Positions 21,858 to 31,916 are shown, counted from the stretch's first letter. The stretch is 64,000 bases of DNA from Desulfobacterales bacterium (GCA_963674755.2 CAXXVS010000002.1:1312001-1376000); one strand, 5' to 3'. Translations and numbers: made by a program. Notes: a model not told the origin generated them from the sequence alone.

Positions 21858-21886
21858 TTCCCTCTCCTTTCACCACTGCAAATTGA

Positions 21887-22351
21887 TCAGGCCTTCACCG
21901 CGCCGGACATGAGGGTTCGCAGCATATCTTCCTTGCCGATGATGCCCACCACTTTTCCTTCTTCCACCACTGGCAGGGTATGAAGCTTTTTTTCCACCAT
22001 AAGGGAGGCGATATCCTCGATCGATGTTCCCGGCCTCACTGTCACCGGCTTGGGTGTCATGGCCTGTTCCACCCGTGTCGCCGCAATTTTCTCAACTTCC
22101 CTTTCGAATTGCTTGGATGAGGTCAAGGGGATGTAGCCATCCAACAGGGTGAACAGGGATGGCAGGGGGATACGTTTTTGCTGGGCGATCATGTCGCTCT
22201 GGCAGACAATCCCCACCAGCCGATTCTCGGCATCCACCACCGGCAGGCCGTTGATCCGGTTTTCCAGCAGCATTCGGGTGGCCTGGGTAATGTCGGTATC
22301 CGGGCCGACGGTGATCACATCCCGCGTCATGATATCCTGTGCTGTTTGCAT
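21887..22351 (-). CDS. CBS-domain pair protein
   Basis: DIMTRDVITV...INGLPVVD...LVGIV and AMTPKPVTV...HTLPVVE...VVGII. Confidence 0.93.
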   Translation of the reverse strand: MQTAQDIMTRDVITVGPDTDITQATRMLLENRINGLPVVDAENRLVGIVCQSDMIAQQKRIPLPSLFTLLDGYIPLTSSKQFEREVEKIAATRVEQAMTPKPVTVRPGTSIEDIASLMVEKKLHTLPVVEEGKVVGIIGKEDMLRTLMSGAVKA

Positions 22352-22459
22352 GGCGACCTCTTCTATGGAACGGTTGCTTGGGAGGGAAGCACCCCTGTGC
22401 TCAATGAACTGAAATCGCTTTAATTGTTACTAAAAAAATAGGGCGCCCTACCGGCGATG

Positions 22460-23842
22460 TCAACCTGTTTCAGGGCCGTTATTCTTATCCGGCGGCGCGG
22501 CCTGCGGCATCATCTGACGCCAGCGGTCCAGGCGGTATTTCACGGTTTTCTCATACCCCCGCGCTGTGGGATGATAATAGCGCTGGCCCTGGAGTTTCTC
22601 GGGCAGGTGCTGCTGAACGGCAAAGGCGTCTTCGAAGTCGTGGGCATAGCGGTAGTCGGCCCCGTAACCCAGATCCTTCATCAGCCGGGTCGGTGCATTG
22701 CGCAGATGCAGGGGCACGGGAAGGCTGCCATGGCGCCGGGCCGCCTCCCGGGCCGCCTTATAAGCCGTGTAAACGGCATTGCTCTTGGGTGCGGTGGCCA
22801 GGTAGACCGCCACCTGGGCCAGAGCCAGCTCGCCCTCGGGGGCGCCCAGAAAATGATAGGCATCCCTGCCGTTCAGAGCGGTGGTAAGGGCCTGGGGATC
22901 GGCCACCCCAATGTCTTCCGAGGCGAAGCGCACCATGCGGCGGGCGATATAGAGCGGGTCCTCCCCCGCCGCCAGCATGCGTGCCAGCCAGTAGAGCGCC
23001 GCATCGGGATCGCTGCCCCGCAGGCTTTTGTGCAGCGCGGAGATCAGGTTGAAGTGCTCGTCCCCGGATTTGTCGTAGCGCAGGGCCTTGCGCTGGAGCA
23101 CTGCCTCCAGATCGGCCAGTTCGATGCGGGTCGCCGCCCTATCTTCCGCTGCTCCGGCCGGGCTGCTCCCCAGGGCCGCCGCCATTTCCAGGTTATTGAG
23201 GGCACAACGCGCATCGCCGTCCGCGGTTTGGACCAGAAACGCCAGAGCGTCGGATGCCAGCTGGAGGTTGAAGCGCCCCAGCCCCCGGTCCTTGTCCTGA
23301 AGGGCCAGCTGAACGATGCGGGCCAGCGTCTCCGGGGTGTGTGACCGCAGTACCACCACGCGGCAGCGGGACATGAGGGCCGGGATGACTTCAAAGGAGG
23401 GGTTTTCCGTGGTAGCCCCGATCAGGGTGATCAGGCCGGTTTCCACATGATGCAGAAAAGCGTCCTGCTGGGCCTTGTTGAAGCGGTGGATTTCGTCCAC
23501 AAACAAGAGGGTCCGCCGCTGGTGAAGATCCCGTTCCTGACGGGCCTCCTCGATCACATGGCGAATGTCCTTGACCCCGCTCAGAACCGCTGAAAATTCC
23601 ACGAAACGGGCCTGGGAAGCGCCCGCAATCAATCTTGCCAGCGTGGTCTTGCCGCATCCCGGCGGTCCCCAGATGATCATCGAGAACAAGCGCTGGCGGT
23701 GGATGGCCTGCTGGATCAGGCTGCCCTCACCCACCGCATCGGTCTGCCCGATGAATTCTTCCAGGGTGCGCGGACGCATACGGTCGGCCAGGGGGGCATC
23801 CGGCGCCATTTTCCGCCTGGCATTGTATTCGAAAAGATCCAC
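22460..23842 (-). CDS. rarA: replication-associated recombination protein A (MgsA/RarA)
   Basis: PLADRMRP, WGPPGCGKTT, FVDEIHRFNKAQQD, GATTENPSF, SALHKSLRGSD, ASEDIG; GTG start. Confidence 0.97.
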   Translation of the reverse strand: MDLFEYNARRKMAPDAPLADRMRPRTLEEFIGQTDAVGEGSLIQQAIHRQRLFSMIIWGPPGCGKTTLARLIAGASQARFVEFSAVLSGVKDIRHVIEEARQERDLHQRRTLLFVDEIHRFNKAQQDAFLHHVETGLITLIGATTENPSFEVIPALMSRCRVVVLRSHTPETLARIVQLALQDKDRGLGRFNLQLASDALAFLVQTADGDARCALNNLEMAAALGSSPAGAAEDRAATRIELADLEAVLQRKALRYDKSGDEHFNLISALHKSLRGSDPDAALYWLARMLAAGEDPLYIARRMVRFASEDIGVADPQALTTALNGRDAYHFLGAPEGELALAQVAVYLATAPKSNAVYTAYKAAREAARRHGSLPVPLHLRNAPTRLMKDLGYGADYRYAHDFEDAFAVQQHLPEKLQGQRYYHPTARGYEKTVKYRLDRWRQMMPQAAPPDKNNGPETG

Positions 23843-23889
23843 GCCTGGTGTCCTTGTCCCAGCGCCAATCGGGTGGGTCGGCCCAACCG

Positions 23890-25278
23890 CTAACGGCGTT
23901 TGGCGGGAGCGCGCTTTTTCCGGTCCCGACGCCGCTTTTCGCGTGCCGCCGGGTGGTCGTTGAATTCCATGCGGCCGGAGCGTTGACGCAGCAGCAGACG
24001 AACCGGGGACTGGTCCAGCCCGGTGGCTTCCCGGATCCGGTTGAGCAGGTAGCGGCGGTAGGAAAAATGAACCGCTTCCGGGTAGTTCACGAACAGGACA
24101 AAGGTCGGTGGCCGGCTTGAAACCTGGGTCGCGTAATAAAATTTAATGCGCCGGCCGCGATGCAGGGACGGCTCGTTGTCTTCCATGGCCTGGGCCAGAA
24201 TGCGGTTGACTTGTCCGGTGGCGACGCGGGCGGCGTATTGGTTATAGACGGTATTGACCAACTGGAAAATGCGCGGCAGCCGCTGCCCCGTCAAGGCGGA
24301 AATCGTGATGACCGGCGCATACGCCAGGAATTTGGCTTCCTCCCGCAATCGTAAGAGGTATTGCTTGGCCGTGCGGTGGTCCTTTTCGACCAGATCCCAC
24401 TTGTTGAGGAGAAAAATGCACCCGCAGCCCCGGTCGTAGGCATAGCCGGCCACGCTGATATCCTGGTCCGTAATCCCCTCCGACGCGTCGATCAGGATCA
24501 GGGCCACATCGCAGCGGTCCAGGCTGCGCAAGGCCTTTAATACCGAAAATTTTTCCAGTTTCTGGGTCACCTTGCCCTTGCGCCGTATCCCGGCGGTGTC
24601 GATGAGGCGATAGTGCTTGTGGTCATGGGTGATGAGGGAGTCGACGGCATCCCGGGTGGTCCCGGGGATAGCGCTGACCAGGTGACGCTCCTCCCCGACC
24701 AGGCGGTTGACCAGGGAGGATTTACCCACATTCGGGCGGCCCACCACCGCCAACTTGATCTCGTCCCGGGCCTCTTCCTGGCCGGGGGTGAAGCTCGCCA
24801 CCAGCGCATCGAGCAAATCATTATAGCCATAACGGTGTTCGGCGGACAGGGGATAGAGCTTGTCCAGGCCCAGACTGTAGAAATCGGTCAGAACGGATTC
24901 CTGCTCCGGGCTGTCGATCTTGTTGACCACATAGAAGACCGGTTTGGCGGCGCTGCGCAAATGGGCGACGATATCGTGGTCGAACGGGGAGAGGCCGTGC
25001 TTGCCATCCATCAGCATGACCACCACATCCGCGTCCTCGATGGCCAGGAAAACCTGCTGGCGAATGGCGTCGGCAAAGCGATCGTCGATCTGGCCCGAAA
25101 AACCACCCGTGTCGACGACCGTAAAGGGAAGGCCGTCCCATTCGGCTTCCCCGTAGTTCCGATCGCGGGTGACGCCCGGTAAGTCGTCCACCAGGGCATC
25201 GCGGCTGCGGGTCAGGCGGTTGAAGAGCGTGGACTTGCCCACATTGGGCCGTCCCACCAGGGCAACAATGGGTTTCAT
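23890..25278 (-). CDS. der: ribosome biogenesis GTPase Der (EngA)
   Basis: Two GRPNVGKS P-loops, DTGG/DTAG, NKID/NKWD, C-terminal PPTF KH-like domain. Confidence 0.98.
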   Translation of the reverse strand: MKPIVALVGRPNVGKSTLFNRLTRSRDALVDDLPGVTRDRNYGEAEWDGLPFTVVDTGGFSGQIDDRFADAIRQQVFLAIEDADVVVMLMDGKHGLSPFDHDIVAHLRSAAKPVFYVVNKIDSPEQESVLTDFYSLGLDKLYPLSAEHRYGYNDLLDALVASFTPGQEEARDEIKLAVVGRPNVGKSSLVNRLVGEERHLVSAIPGTTRDAVDSLITHDHKHYRLIDTAGIRRKGKVTQKLEKFSVLKALRSLDRCDVALILIDASEGITDQDISVAGYAYDRGCGCIFLLNKWDLVEKDHRTAKQYLLRLREEAKFLAYAPVITISALTGQRLPRIFQLVNTVYNQYAARVATGQVNRILAQAMEDNEPSLHRGRRIKFYYATQVSSRPPTFVLFVNYPEAVHFSYRRYLLNRIREATGLDQSPVRLLLRQRSGRMEFNDHPAAREKRRRDRKKRAPAKRR

Positions 25279-25596
25279 CGTCGGTGTGACCTGTCGTAGG
25301 CTAATGTAAAAATGGGGTTATCAGACGTTGTCCGTGGTTTGGCAAATGACGTCCGGGCAGATGGATCAGCGTGATTTTCGGATTGTGGATATATCCCAGG
25401 CCCCACGCATTTGTCAATCAGTGTCCGGCGAGACTGCTGCAAGGTTCCCTATTGCCAAGCCGTCCGAACCGAAATCGTGTCCAAGCCATTGACTTGTCGA
25501 TGATTTGGCGCTTTAACGTCAAGGAGAAAGAGAACGATCTTATCGTTTACACCTGACAAAACGCCATATCCCGAATAGGCGCTATAAAGACTTCCC

Positions 25597-26454
25597 ATGG
25601 CATCCATCGAACCCTGTCCTCATGATCGCTGCGCGACGTCGTTTTCGGAGGAAACCCTCTGCCAGGTGAACGAGCGGGTCTCCTGCGGTGCCTGCTGCGG
25701 CCTTTACAATGTCCCGGCTGCCTCCCGTAACGTCCTTCTCCATCTCCTCAAAGCGCGCACCCGGCAGTTCGCGGCAACACCGCGGACGGTGGATGCTATT
25801 TTCCAGTTCAAGGAAGCCGTTGTCCGGCAGGAATGCCAGGATCGTCCCATGCGGGACTTCCATCACTGCCCTTTCCTGGGGCTTATCGGGCCGCAACAGG
25901 CCACCGTCGGCTGTCTGCTGCACCCGGACGGGGCCGGTAACAATGGCATGGATTTCAGAAGCCTTAGCTATTACGGCGGGATGACCTGCCACATCTATTT
26001 TTGTCCCTCGACCCGCCTCCTGCCTTTGCGCCACAAACAGATCCTACGGACCGTGCTGGACGACTGGTATCTTTACGGTCTCATCGCCACGGAGACCAAG
26101 CTGCTTAAAGCGTTTTTCGAAGAACTCGAAAGCCGCATGAACCGCCCCCTTTACACGGAGGATTTCACGACCCGGCCGGCCTGCCGGGAGGCGTTGAAGC
26201 ATCTTTTCCTGTTGCGGGCCAGCTGGCCCTTTCGCGCACCCGACAACCACCGGGTGGTCAATTATTTTTTCAACGATCATCTCTATGCGCGGCCGGCCAT
26301 CCCACCGTCGCGCGAGGGCCAAACCATTTCCCGCTACCGCTTGATCCTCCAGGAGCTGGAAACCGATCCGTCCTCCGAGCACGTGCTGCACCAGGCCGAG
26401 CTCTATCTCGACGACCGCTTCAAGCTGGTCCAGGATACCCTGGAGACCACTTGA
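25597..26454 (+). CDS. Cys-cluster hypothetical protein (probable Fe-S or Zn binding)
   Basis: SCGACCGLYN, CPFLG, GCLLHP, TCHIYFCP; reminiscent of YkgJ-type cysteine-cluster proteins. Confidence 0.75.
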   Translation: MASIEPCPHDRCATSFSEETLCQVNERVSCGACCGLYNVPAASRNVLLHLLKARTRQFAATPRTVDAIFQFKEAVVRQECQDRPMRDFHHCPFLGLIGPQQATVGCLLHPDGAGNNGMDFRSLSYYGGMTCHIYFCPSTRLLPLRHKQILRTVLDDWYLYGLIATETKLLKAFFEELESRMNRPLYTEDFTTRPACREALKHLFLLRASWPFRAPDNHRVVNYFFNDHLYARPAIPPSREGQTISRYRLILQELETDPSSEHVLHQAELYLDDRFKLVQDTLETT

Positions 26455-26462
26455 GGACGCCG

Positions 26463-26948
26463 ATGACACGCCACATGCCCGGCATCGTGCCCAATCACGC
26501 GACGACCTCTCACGACGGCCTCCGCCGGCGTCTGTTTTGCTATGGCACCTTGCAGCTTCCCACCGTGCTGGAGGCGGTGATCGGACGCCGTCTGCAAGGC
26601 GTGCGGGCGGCCCTGGCCGGATACGGCGCTTTCCGGATCCACCGGGCGGAATATCCGGGGCTCCTTCGCCTCCCCGGCCAGACCGCATGGGGCATGCTCT
26701 ATGACGGCCTATCCTTGCCGGAACTTGACGTACTGGATCGTTTCGAGGGGGCGTTATACGAGCGCCGGGCTTACCCCGTGCAGCGGATTGATGGCCGACG
26801 GGTCCAGGCCTGGGTCTATATGGTCGCCGCCGGCCGACACGGGCAACTTACGGCGGCCCCCTGGCACCTTCAACGTTTCAGGCGATCGGTCTACCGGCGT
26901 TTCATGAAACGCTTTGTTACGGACCGCCGATTCCTCTATGACCCCTAA
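26463..26948 (+). CDS. gamma-glutamylcyclotransferase (AIG2/GGACT-like)
   Basis: LFCYGTL, YPGL, LDRFEG-x-LYER, AWVY; start uncertain (26451-26475). Confidence 0.88.
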   Translation: MTRHMPGIVPNHATTSHDGLRRRLFCYGTLQLPTVLEAVIGRRLQGVRAALAGYGAFRIHRAEYPGLLRLPGQTAWGMLYDGLSLPELDVLDRFEGALYERRAYPVQRIDGRRVQAWVYMVAAGRHGQLTAAPWHLQRFRRSVYRRFMKRFVTDRRFLYDP

Positions 26949-26990
26949 CAGGAAGGCCGGCTTGGATCATGCGATCCGCCCCCGGACAGT

Positions 26991-27758
26991 ATGAATGCCT
27001 TGATTCGCTACGCCCTAGTACGCGCGCCCGGACCGGATGCCGCGGGTGGACTAACAGAACAAAGCGGCCCGCCGGTCAGTCTGGAACGTCTCCGGGATCA
27101 GCATGCGGCCTACTGCCATCTGCTGCAAACCCTTGGCATCACCCTGATCCGACTCGACCCCCTTCCCGGTTTCCCGGATGCCTATTTCGTGGAAGACACG
27201 GCGGTGGTCACATCCGAGATTGCGGTTGTCACACGGCCCGGTGCACCCCAGCGCCGTGGCGAGGAGAAGACCGTGGCACACCGCCTGGCGGATTATCGGC
27301 CGTTGAAGATTATCACCCCGCCCGGCACATTGGACGGCGGCGATGTCCTGATCGTTGGCCGGGACGTCTTTGTCGGTCTTTCCGGCCGCACCAATCGTGA
27401 AGGCGCCGACCAGCTGGCCCAGATACTGGCGCCCTGGGATTATCGCTGTACAACGGTTGAAGTTCCCGACGGGCTGCATCTCAAAAGCAGCATTGCCGCT
27501 ATCGGTGACCGTCAATTGCTGATAAAAGCCACCTGGTCGCAGCTGTCCGAATTTAAAGACTATGCCAAACTCCTGGTGGATCCCGCCGAGGCCTATGCCT
27601 GCAATACCCTCGCCGTCAACGGGCATCTGATCATGCCCGCGGGTTATCCACGGACCCGTGCCCTGCTGGAATCGACCGGCCAGCCGATCTACGAGCTGGG
27701 TACCAGCGCCTTTCGCCGCATGGACGGCGGGCTGACCTGCCTCTCGCTACGCTTTTAA
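26991..27758 (+). CDS. N(G),N(G)-dimethylarginine dimethylaminohydrolase (amidinotransferase superfamily)
   Basis: FPDAYFVED, RPGA-x2-RRGE, LDGGDV, SGRTN, LHLKS, DGGLTCLSLRF. Confidence 0.93.
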   Translation: MNALIRYALVRAPGPDAAGGLTEQSGPPVSLERLRDQHAAYCHLLQTLGITLIRLDPLPGFPDAYFVEDTAVVTSEIAVVTRPGAPQRRGEEKTVAHRLADYRPLKIITPPGTLDGGDVLIVGRDVFVGLSGRTNREGADQLAQILAPWDYRCTTVEVPDGLHLKSSIAAIGDRQLLIKATWSQLSEFKDYAKLLVDPAEAYACNTLAVNGHLIMPAGYPRTRALLESTGQPIYELGTSAFRRMDGGLTCLSLRF

Positions 27759-27830
27759 ATGTTCCGACCGCGATCGCCTTTCTTGCATTCCGCCCAAACA
27801 ACCTTAGCTTAAAATCCAATCGGAAAAAGC

Positions 27831-27856
27831 GGCTCCGGCCGCAAACGGCGGGAGCC
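27831..27856. terminator. GC-rich hairpin after DDAH gene
   Basis: GGCTCCGGCCG-CAAA-CGGCGGGAGCC stem-loop. Confidence 0.4.
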
Positions 27857-27911
27857 AAGCGCTCCCGGGCCATCGTTTCCCGTTTCCAACCGTACGAAAG
27901 GAACTCCGATC

Positions 27912-28334
27912 ATGAAAGATGAACGTAACGCACACCTCAAAGTGCAGGAACTTTGCGACTGCTATGCCACCACCGATCCCTTGCAGGAGATGTCGCGCCT
28001 GCCCCATGATGCGGATCAGGAAGAGGGGGCCCTGAAGTGGCTGGCGCTGGCCGCTCTCCACGGGATCAATCACAATGCCAGCCGTATCACGATCCGGAAG
28101 ACCCCGGAGGACGGCGTCCACGTCACGGCGGAATACCGGCGCAGCGAGCTTCCCTCCCCGGGGGAAGCCGTGGGGAAGCATATTTTTGAGGCGATCCGTG
28201 AAATCACCCACATCGAGGCTTCCAAGGGCAAAACGCAACTGGCCCTGGGGCTGCGGGACAGCAGCGTCGATCTGCGCATCAAAATCAAATCCAAGGACGG
28301 GCAAGAGAAAATTACGATCAAATTTCCTGAATAA
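27912..28334 (+). CDS. hypothetical protein resembling the N2 domain of GspE/PilB secretion ATPases
   Basis: AAGGA RBS; GINHNASRITI...VDLRIKIKSKDGQEKITIKF pattern; no Walker motifs. Confidence 0.75.
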   Translation: MKDERNAHLKVQELCDCYATTDPLQEMSRLPHDADQEEGALKWLALAALHGINHNASRITIRKTPEDGVHVTAEYRRSELPSPGEAVGKHIFEAIREITHIEASKGKTQLALGLRDSSVDLRIKIKSKDGQEKITIKFPE

Positions 28335-28431
28335 TGTCAAAGACCAGCCATGACAGGAAGTACCCTTGGGAATCGGGGTACCGTCGCCGGAAAGGGTTGC
28401 GGGGGGAACACCAGGGCTTAAAGGAGGAAGG

Positions 28432-29055
28432 ATGCCGTCCGGAAGAGGCTTGATATTGGCATTGATCACTATGGTGGCATTGGGGGGACTGCTGGGGGGC
28501 TGCGCTTCGTCGCCCCAGGGAACGGATGGATTCGCTTTTCCTGCCCAGCCCCCCCTCCCACTGGACGCCGCTGACCTGAAGCCCGGCCTGGCGGTACTCT
28601 ATTTCAAGCATCCTTTTGTTCGCAGTCTGGATGCACTTCCCCAGGGCGATGAAGCACGGGCGCGCGGCTGGACAGGTCCTCCCATCACCGACCTGAACCA
28701 CCAGTTCGGTCGTGGGGCTATCTTCGACAGCGGCACCAATCGCGGCATTGCCATGGAACTGGACGGATATATCCGGTTGGCGCAGCCCGGCACCTATTTT
28801 TTCCAGGCCAACAGCAACGACGGCATCCGCATGATTATCGGCTCCCAGCTCCTGATCGACGACCCGGACTGGCATTCCGACCGCCTGACGCCCGAATCCC
28901 ACCTGGCCATCCGCCAGCCCGGCTGGTATGCTTTGCGGTTGCGTTATTTCCAGCGCAAGGGAACGGCCAGCCTTCAGCTCTATTGGAAGCCCCCGGGGCA
29001 GGAGCGTTTTTCCATTGTTCCCCCCAAGGTGCTTGCACACCAACCAGCCGACTGA
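28432..29055 (+). CDS. PA14-domain lipoprotein
   Basis: Lipobox LLGGC; PGLAVLYF, GYIRLAQPGTYFF, SNDGIR, GWYALRLRYFQ, LQLYWKPPG; AAGGAGG RBS. Confidence 0.88.
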   Translation: MPSGRGLILALITMVALGGLLGGCASSPQGTDGFAFPAQPPLPLDAADLKPGLAVLYFKHPFVRSLDALPQGDEARARGWTGPPITDLNHQFGRGAIFDSGTNRGIAMELDGYIRLAQPGTYFFQANSNDGIRMIIGSQLLIDDPDWHSDRLTPESHLAIRQPGWYALRLRYFQRKGTASLQLYWKPPGQERFSIVPPKVLAHQPAD

Positions 29056-29113
29056 TATAGCTGGGCGGCGTTCGGCGCTACGTTCACCCTGTCACCCCAA
29101 CACTGGAAACCGC

Positions 29114-30196
29114 ATGCCGCGCTACCGCCTGATTTTCGACGGCCACTACCGGCCCGGTCTATCCCCGCAGGATGCCCAGCAGCGCTTGGCCGCGTTGTTC
29201 AAGGTGGCGCCCGGTGAGATCAGCACCCTTTTTTCCACCGCGCCGGTAATCCTCAAAGAAAATCTCACCTACGATGAAGCCCTACGGGACAAGGCCGATT
29301 TCGAAGCCACCGGCGCCTTGTGCCGTCTGGAACCCCAGTCTTCTTTGAGCACCTCCGCCAAAAAAATTTTCGCCCTTGGCCATATGGGACGATCCCGGCC
29401 GCAGGGGCAAACGTCCGATGACGGCGAACGGCGATACGGGCTTCTTCATCCTTACGTGATGGCTTTTTTCTCACGGTCTTTCTACGCCGATGTGGCCGCC
29501 CACTGGCGGGGACGCGCTTTCGTTCACCTCCTGGTGATCCTGCTGCTTGCTGCCACCGCCTACACCCGCCATTTCCAGGGCCTCATCGACGCCTTTGTCA
29601 CCCAGGAGGCCCCGGCCATCATTGCCCAGATTCCGCGCATCACGATTACGGACGGCACTGTCCATGTATCGGTATCCGAACCCTACACCATTCGGGAGCC
29701 GGACAACGATCGTGTTTTCGCGGTCATCGACACCACCGGCCAGATTACCTCTTTCAAGCAGACGAATGCCCTTATGCTGCTGACAGCCTCCCGTCTGGCG
29801 GTCCGCCTGGGACCGGAGGATGTCCGCATCGTCGACTTAAGCCCCATCGATACCCTGCAAATCGACCAGGCGGCGGTGTCCCAATGGCTGGCGGATATCC
29901 AGGCGTGGTCACCGTTTATAATCTTCCCGTTGGCCCTTGGGTTTTCCTTCATCTTCCGCAGCCTGCAGGCCCTGCTCTACGGCGGTTTGGGGGTTGCCCT
30001 GGCCGGACTGCTGAAAACCCCGATCACCTATGGTGCCGCCGTCAGCGTTGCCATCATGGCCATGACCCCGGTTCTGCTGCTGGACGCCGTATTGATGCTG
30101 GCGCATATCGATCTGCCCCTGTGGGGCCTTTTAGGGTTTCTGCTGGCCGTAGGCTACCTTGCATTCGGCATCCGATCCGCGCTCCGGCCGGCCTGA
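29114..30196 (+). CDS. membrane protein, DUF1189-like, with N-terminal soluble domain
   Basis: N-terminal YRLIFDG...LAALFK...ILKENL domain; TM, periplasmic IPRITITDG...VIDTTG segment, C-terminal TM bundle. Confidence 0.75.
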   Translation: MPRYRLIFDGHYRPGLSPQDAQQRLAALFKVAPGEISTLFSTAPVILKENLTYDEALRDKADFEATGALCRLEPQSSLSTSAKKIFALGHMGRSRPQGQTSDDGERRYGLLHPYVMAFFSRSFYADVAAHWRGRAFVHLLVILLLAATAYTRHFQGLIDAFVTQEAPAIIAQIPRITITDGTVHVSVSEPYTIREPDNDRVFAVIDTTGQITSFKQTNALMLLTASRLAVRLGPEDVRIVDLSPIDTLQIDQAAVSQWLADIQAWSPFIIFPLALGFSFIFRSLQALLYGGLGVALAGLLKTPITYGAAVSVAIMAMTPVLLLDAVLMLAHIDLPLWGLLGFLLAVGYLAFGIRSALRPA

Positions 30197-30250
30197 CAGC
30201 TTCCGGTCCACGCCGGTCGGCCATCGCTAATATCGGGAAACGTTTCCAGG

Positions 30251-30853
30251 GTGACACCCTACCGCAATTTTGCCGAATTGGCGCAACGTGAGGAAGAGGG
30301 CTTCGATTACCTCATCCTGTACCGTTGCGGACCTTCCGGCGTCCTGGTCATGGCACCCCACGCCGGTGGCATCGAACCGGGCACAGGGGACATAGCCGAT
30401 GCCCTGGCCGGCTCCGAGCACGCCTTCTACTGCTTCAAGGGACTCAAAAAGAGCGGCAACCATATCCTGCACATCACCAGCAACCGCTTTGACGAGCCCC
30501 TGGCCGTGCGCCTGCTGGGGAAAGCCCGGTGGGTGTTGACTGTTCACGGCTGTCGCGATGCCGCACCGCTGGTATGGGTCGGCGGTCGTGATTTGCTGCG
30601 GGGCGACACCATGATCAAGGCCCTGGAGGGGATCGGCATTCCCGCACACCGCTGTGAAGACCCTGCTTTGCGTGGATTGCAGCCGGAAAATATCTGCAAC
30701 AGCGGCCGCTCCCGAGCCGGCGTGCAGCTGGAAATCAGCCGTGGCCTGCGTGAAATGCTTTTCAGCAATTTATTCCGCCGGCGCCTCAGGCACCCTACCC
30801 CCCTCTTTGACCGCTTCACGACGGCCGTACGCGGCAGCCTCACGGATCGCTAG
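30251..30853 (+). CDS. poly-gamma-glutamate hydrolase family protein (DUF867/YjqB)
   Basis: YRNFAEL, APHAGGIEPGT, LHITSNRFDEP, TVHG, ENICN, GVQLEIS; GTG start. Confidence 0.9.
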   Translation: MTPYRNFAELAQREEEGFDYLILYRCGPSGVLVMAPHAGGIEPGTGDIADALAGSEHAFYCFKGLKKSGNHILHITSNRFDEPLAVRLLGKARWVLTVHGCRDAAPLVWVGGRDLLRGDTMIKALEGIGIPAHRCEDPALRGLQPENICNSGRSRAGVQLEISRGLREMLFSNLFRRRLRHPTPLFDRFTTAVRGSLTDR

Positions 30854-31008
30854 AACTTTTGCGGGGCCTCCGCCCGAGGCGGCGGGTTTAGATCGAAACG
30901 AAATCCTGTTGACCATCCCCACCCGGCTGCGGTAGGCGATAGGAGCACTTCCGCGCCAAAGTCCCGATGCATCACCGCCATCCACCGCTCCCGACAGGAG
31001 GCTGCTTT

Positions 31009-31503
31009 ATGACGCAGGAACTCAACAGCCGCATGAAACTCGCCATGGCGTCGGAATCCGCCACCGCCGCCCGCAATCGTCTGTATGCCGCCAAGGCCAA
31101 AAAGGAAGGACAGCTTGCCTTGGCCAAGCTCATGACCGCTATGGCCACCGGCGAACAGATCAGTGCCCGGCGGGCGTTGATCCATCTGCGGGGTAAAATC
31201 GGACAGGCGGCTGCCCATCTGGAAGAACTTCGCCAACAAAAGGAAACCGCCGCCGCTCAGATCTATCCTGCCAGCCGGCAAGCCGCCGCTTCCGCTGGCG
31301 ACCGCTCCGCGGAAGCGGCCTTCCTGCAATTCGAGAAGGTCAGCCACAACCATGCCGCCCTGCTCGGCAATCCCGGCGTCGACACCGACGACCATGAGTT
31401 CTTCGTCTGCCAGGTGTGCGGCTATATCGCCTTGGACGTCATCCCGGAAAATTGCCCGGTGTGTGGTGCCGTGCCGGAACGCTTCAAGCCGGCCGTGGCC
31501 TGA
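31009..31503 (+). CDS. rubrerythrin-like protein (degenerate diiron domain + rubredoxin domain)
   Basis: ES...AAKAKKEG helix pattern; C-terminal CQVCGY...CPVCGA; AGGAGG RBS. Confidence 0.85.
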   Translation: MTQELNSRMKLAMASESATAARNRLYAAKAKKEGQLALAKLMTAMATGEQISARRALIHLRGKIGQAAAHLEELRQQKETAAAQIYPASRQAAASAGDRSAEAAFLQFEKVSHNHAALLGNPGVDTDDHEFFVCQVCGYIALDVIPENCPVCGAVPERFKPAVA

Positions 31504-31529
31504 AGCATCGCCGGGGGGAGGATCAATTC

Positions 31530-31916
31530 ATGGATATTCATACCCATCAGCAAATCGATCAAACGCTCTGTGGATCTCCCGAAGAGCTGCAGCCCGGCTA
31601 CTGCCGGGTGGCTTTCACCGCCAGCGCCTGCATGGCCGCGGACGGCAAAGGTCTGGTGCACGGGGGCTTTATTTTTGGATTGGCCGACTATGCGGCCATG
31701 CTGGCCGTCAACGACCCCACCGTCGTGCTGGGCGCCGCAGAGGTCAAATTCCTCAAACCGGCATCGGTGGGCCAGCCCATCGTCGCCGAAGCCCGTGTCA
31801 AAGAAGTCAGCGGCCGCAAACACATAGTGGAGGTGGTGGTGACACGGGATGCTGAAACCCTGCTGGAGGGGCGCCTGACCTGCTTTGTTCTGGATCGGCA
31901 CGTCCTGGACAAATGA
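31530..31916 (+). CDS. PaaI-type hotdog thioesterase
   Basis: GLVHGGFIFGLADYAAM, VKFLKP; GGAGG RBS. Confidence 0.9.
   Translation: MDIHTHQQIDQTLCGSPEELQPGYCRVAFTASACMAADGKGLVHGGFIFGLADYAAMLAVNDPTVVLGAAEVKFLKPASVGQPIVAEARVKEVSGRKHIVEVVVTRDAETLLEGRLTCFVLDRHVLDK

Noticed and set aside
30251..30853. Prophage around the DUF867 gene
   Set aside because: No structural, integrase or replication phage genes flank it
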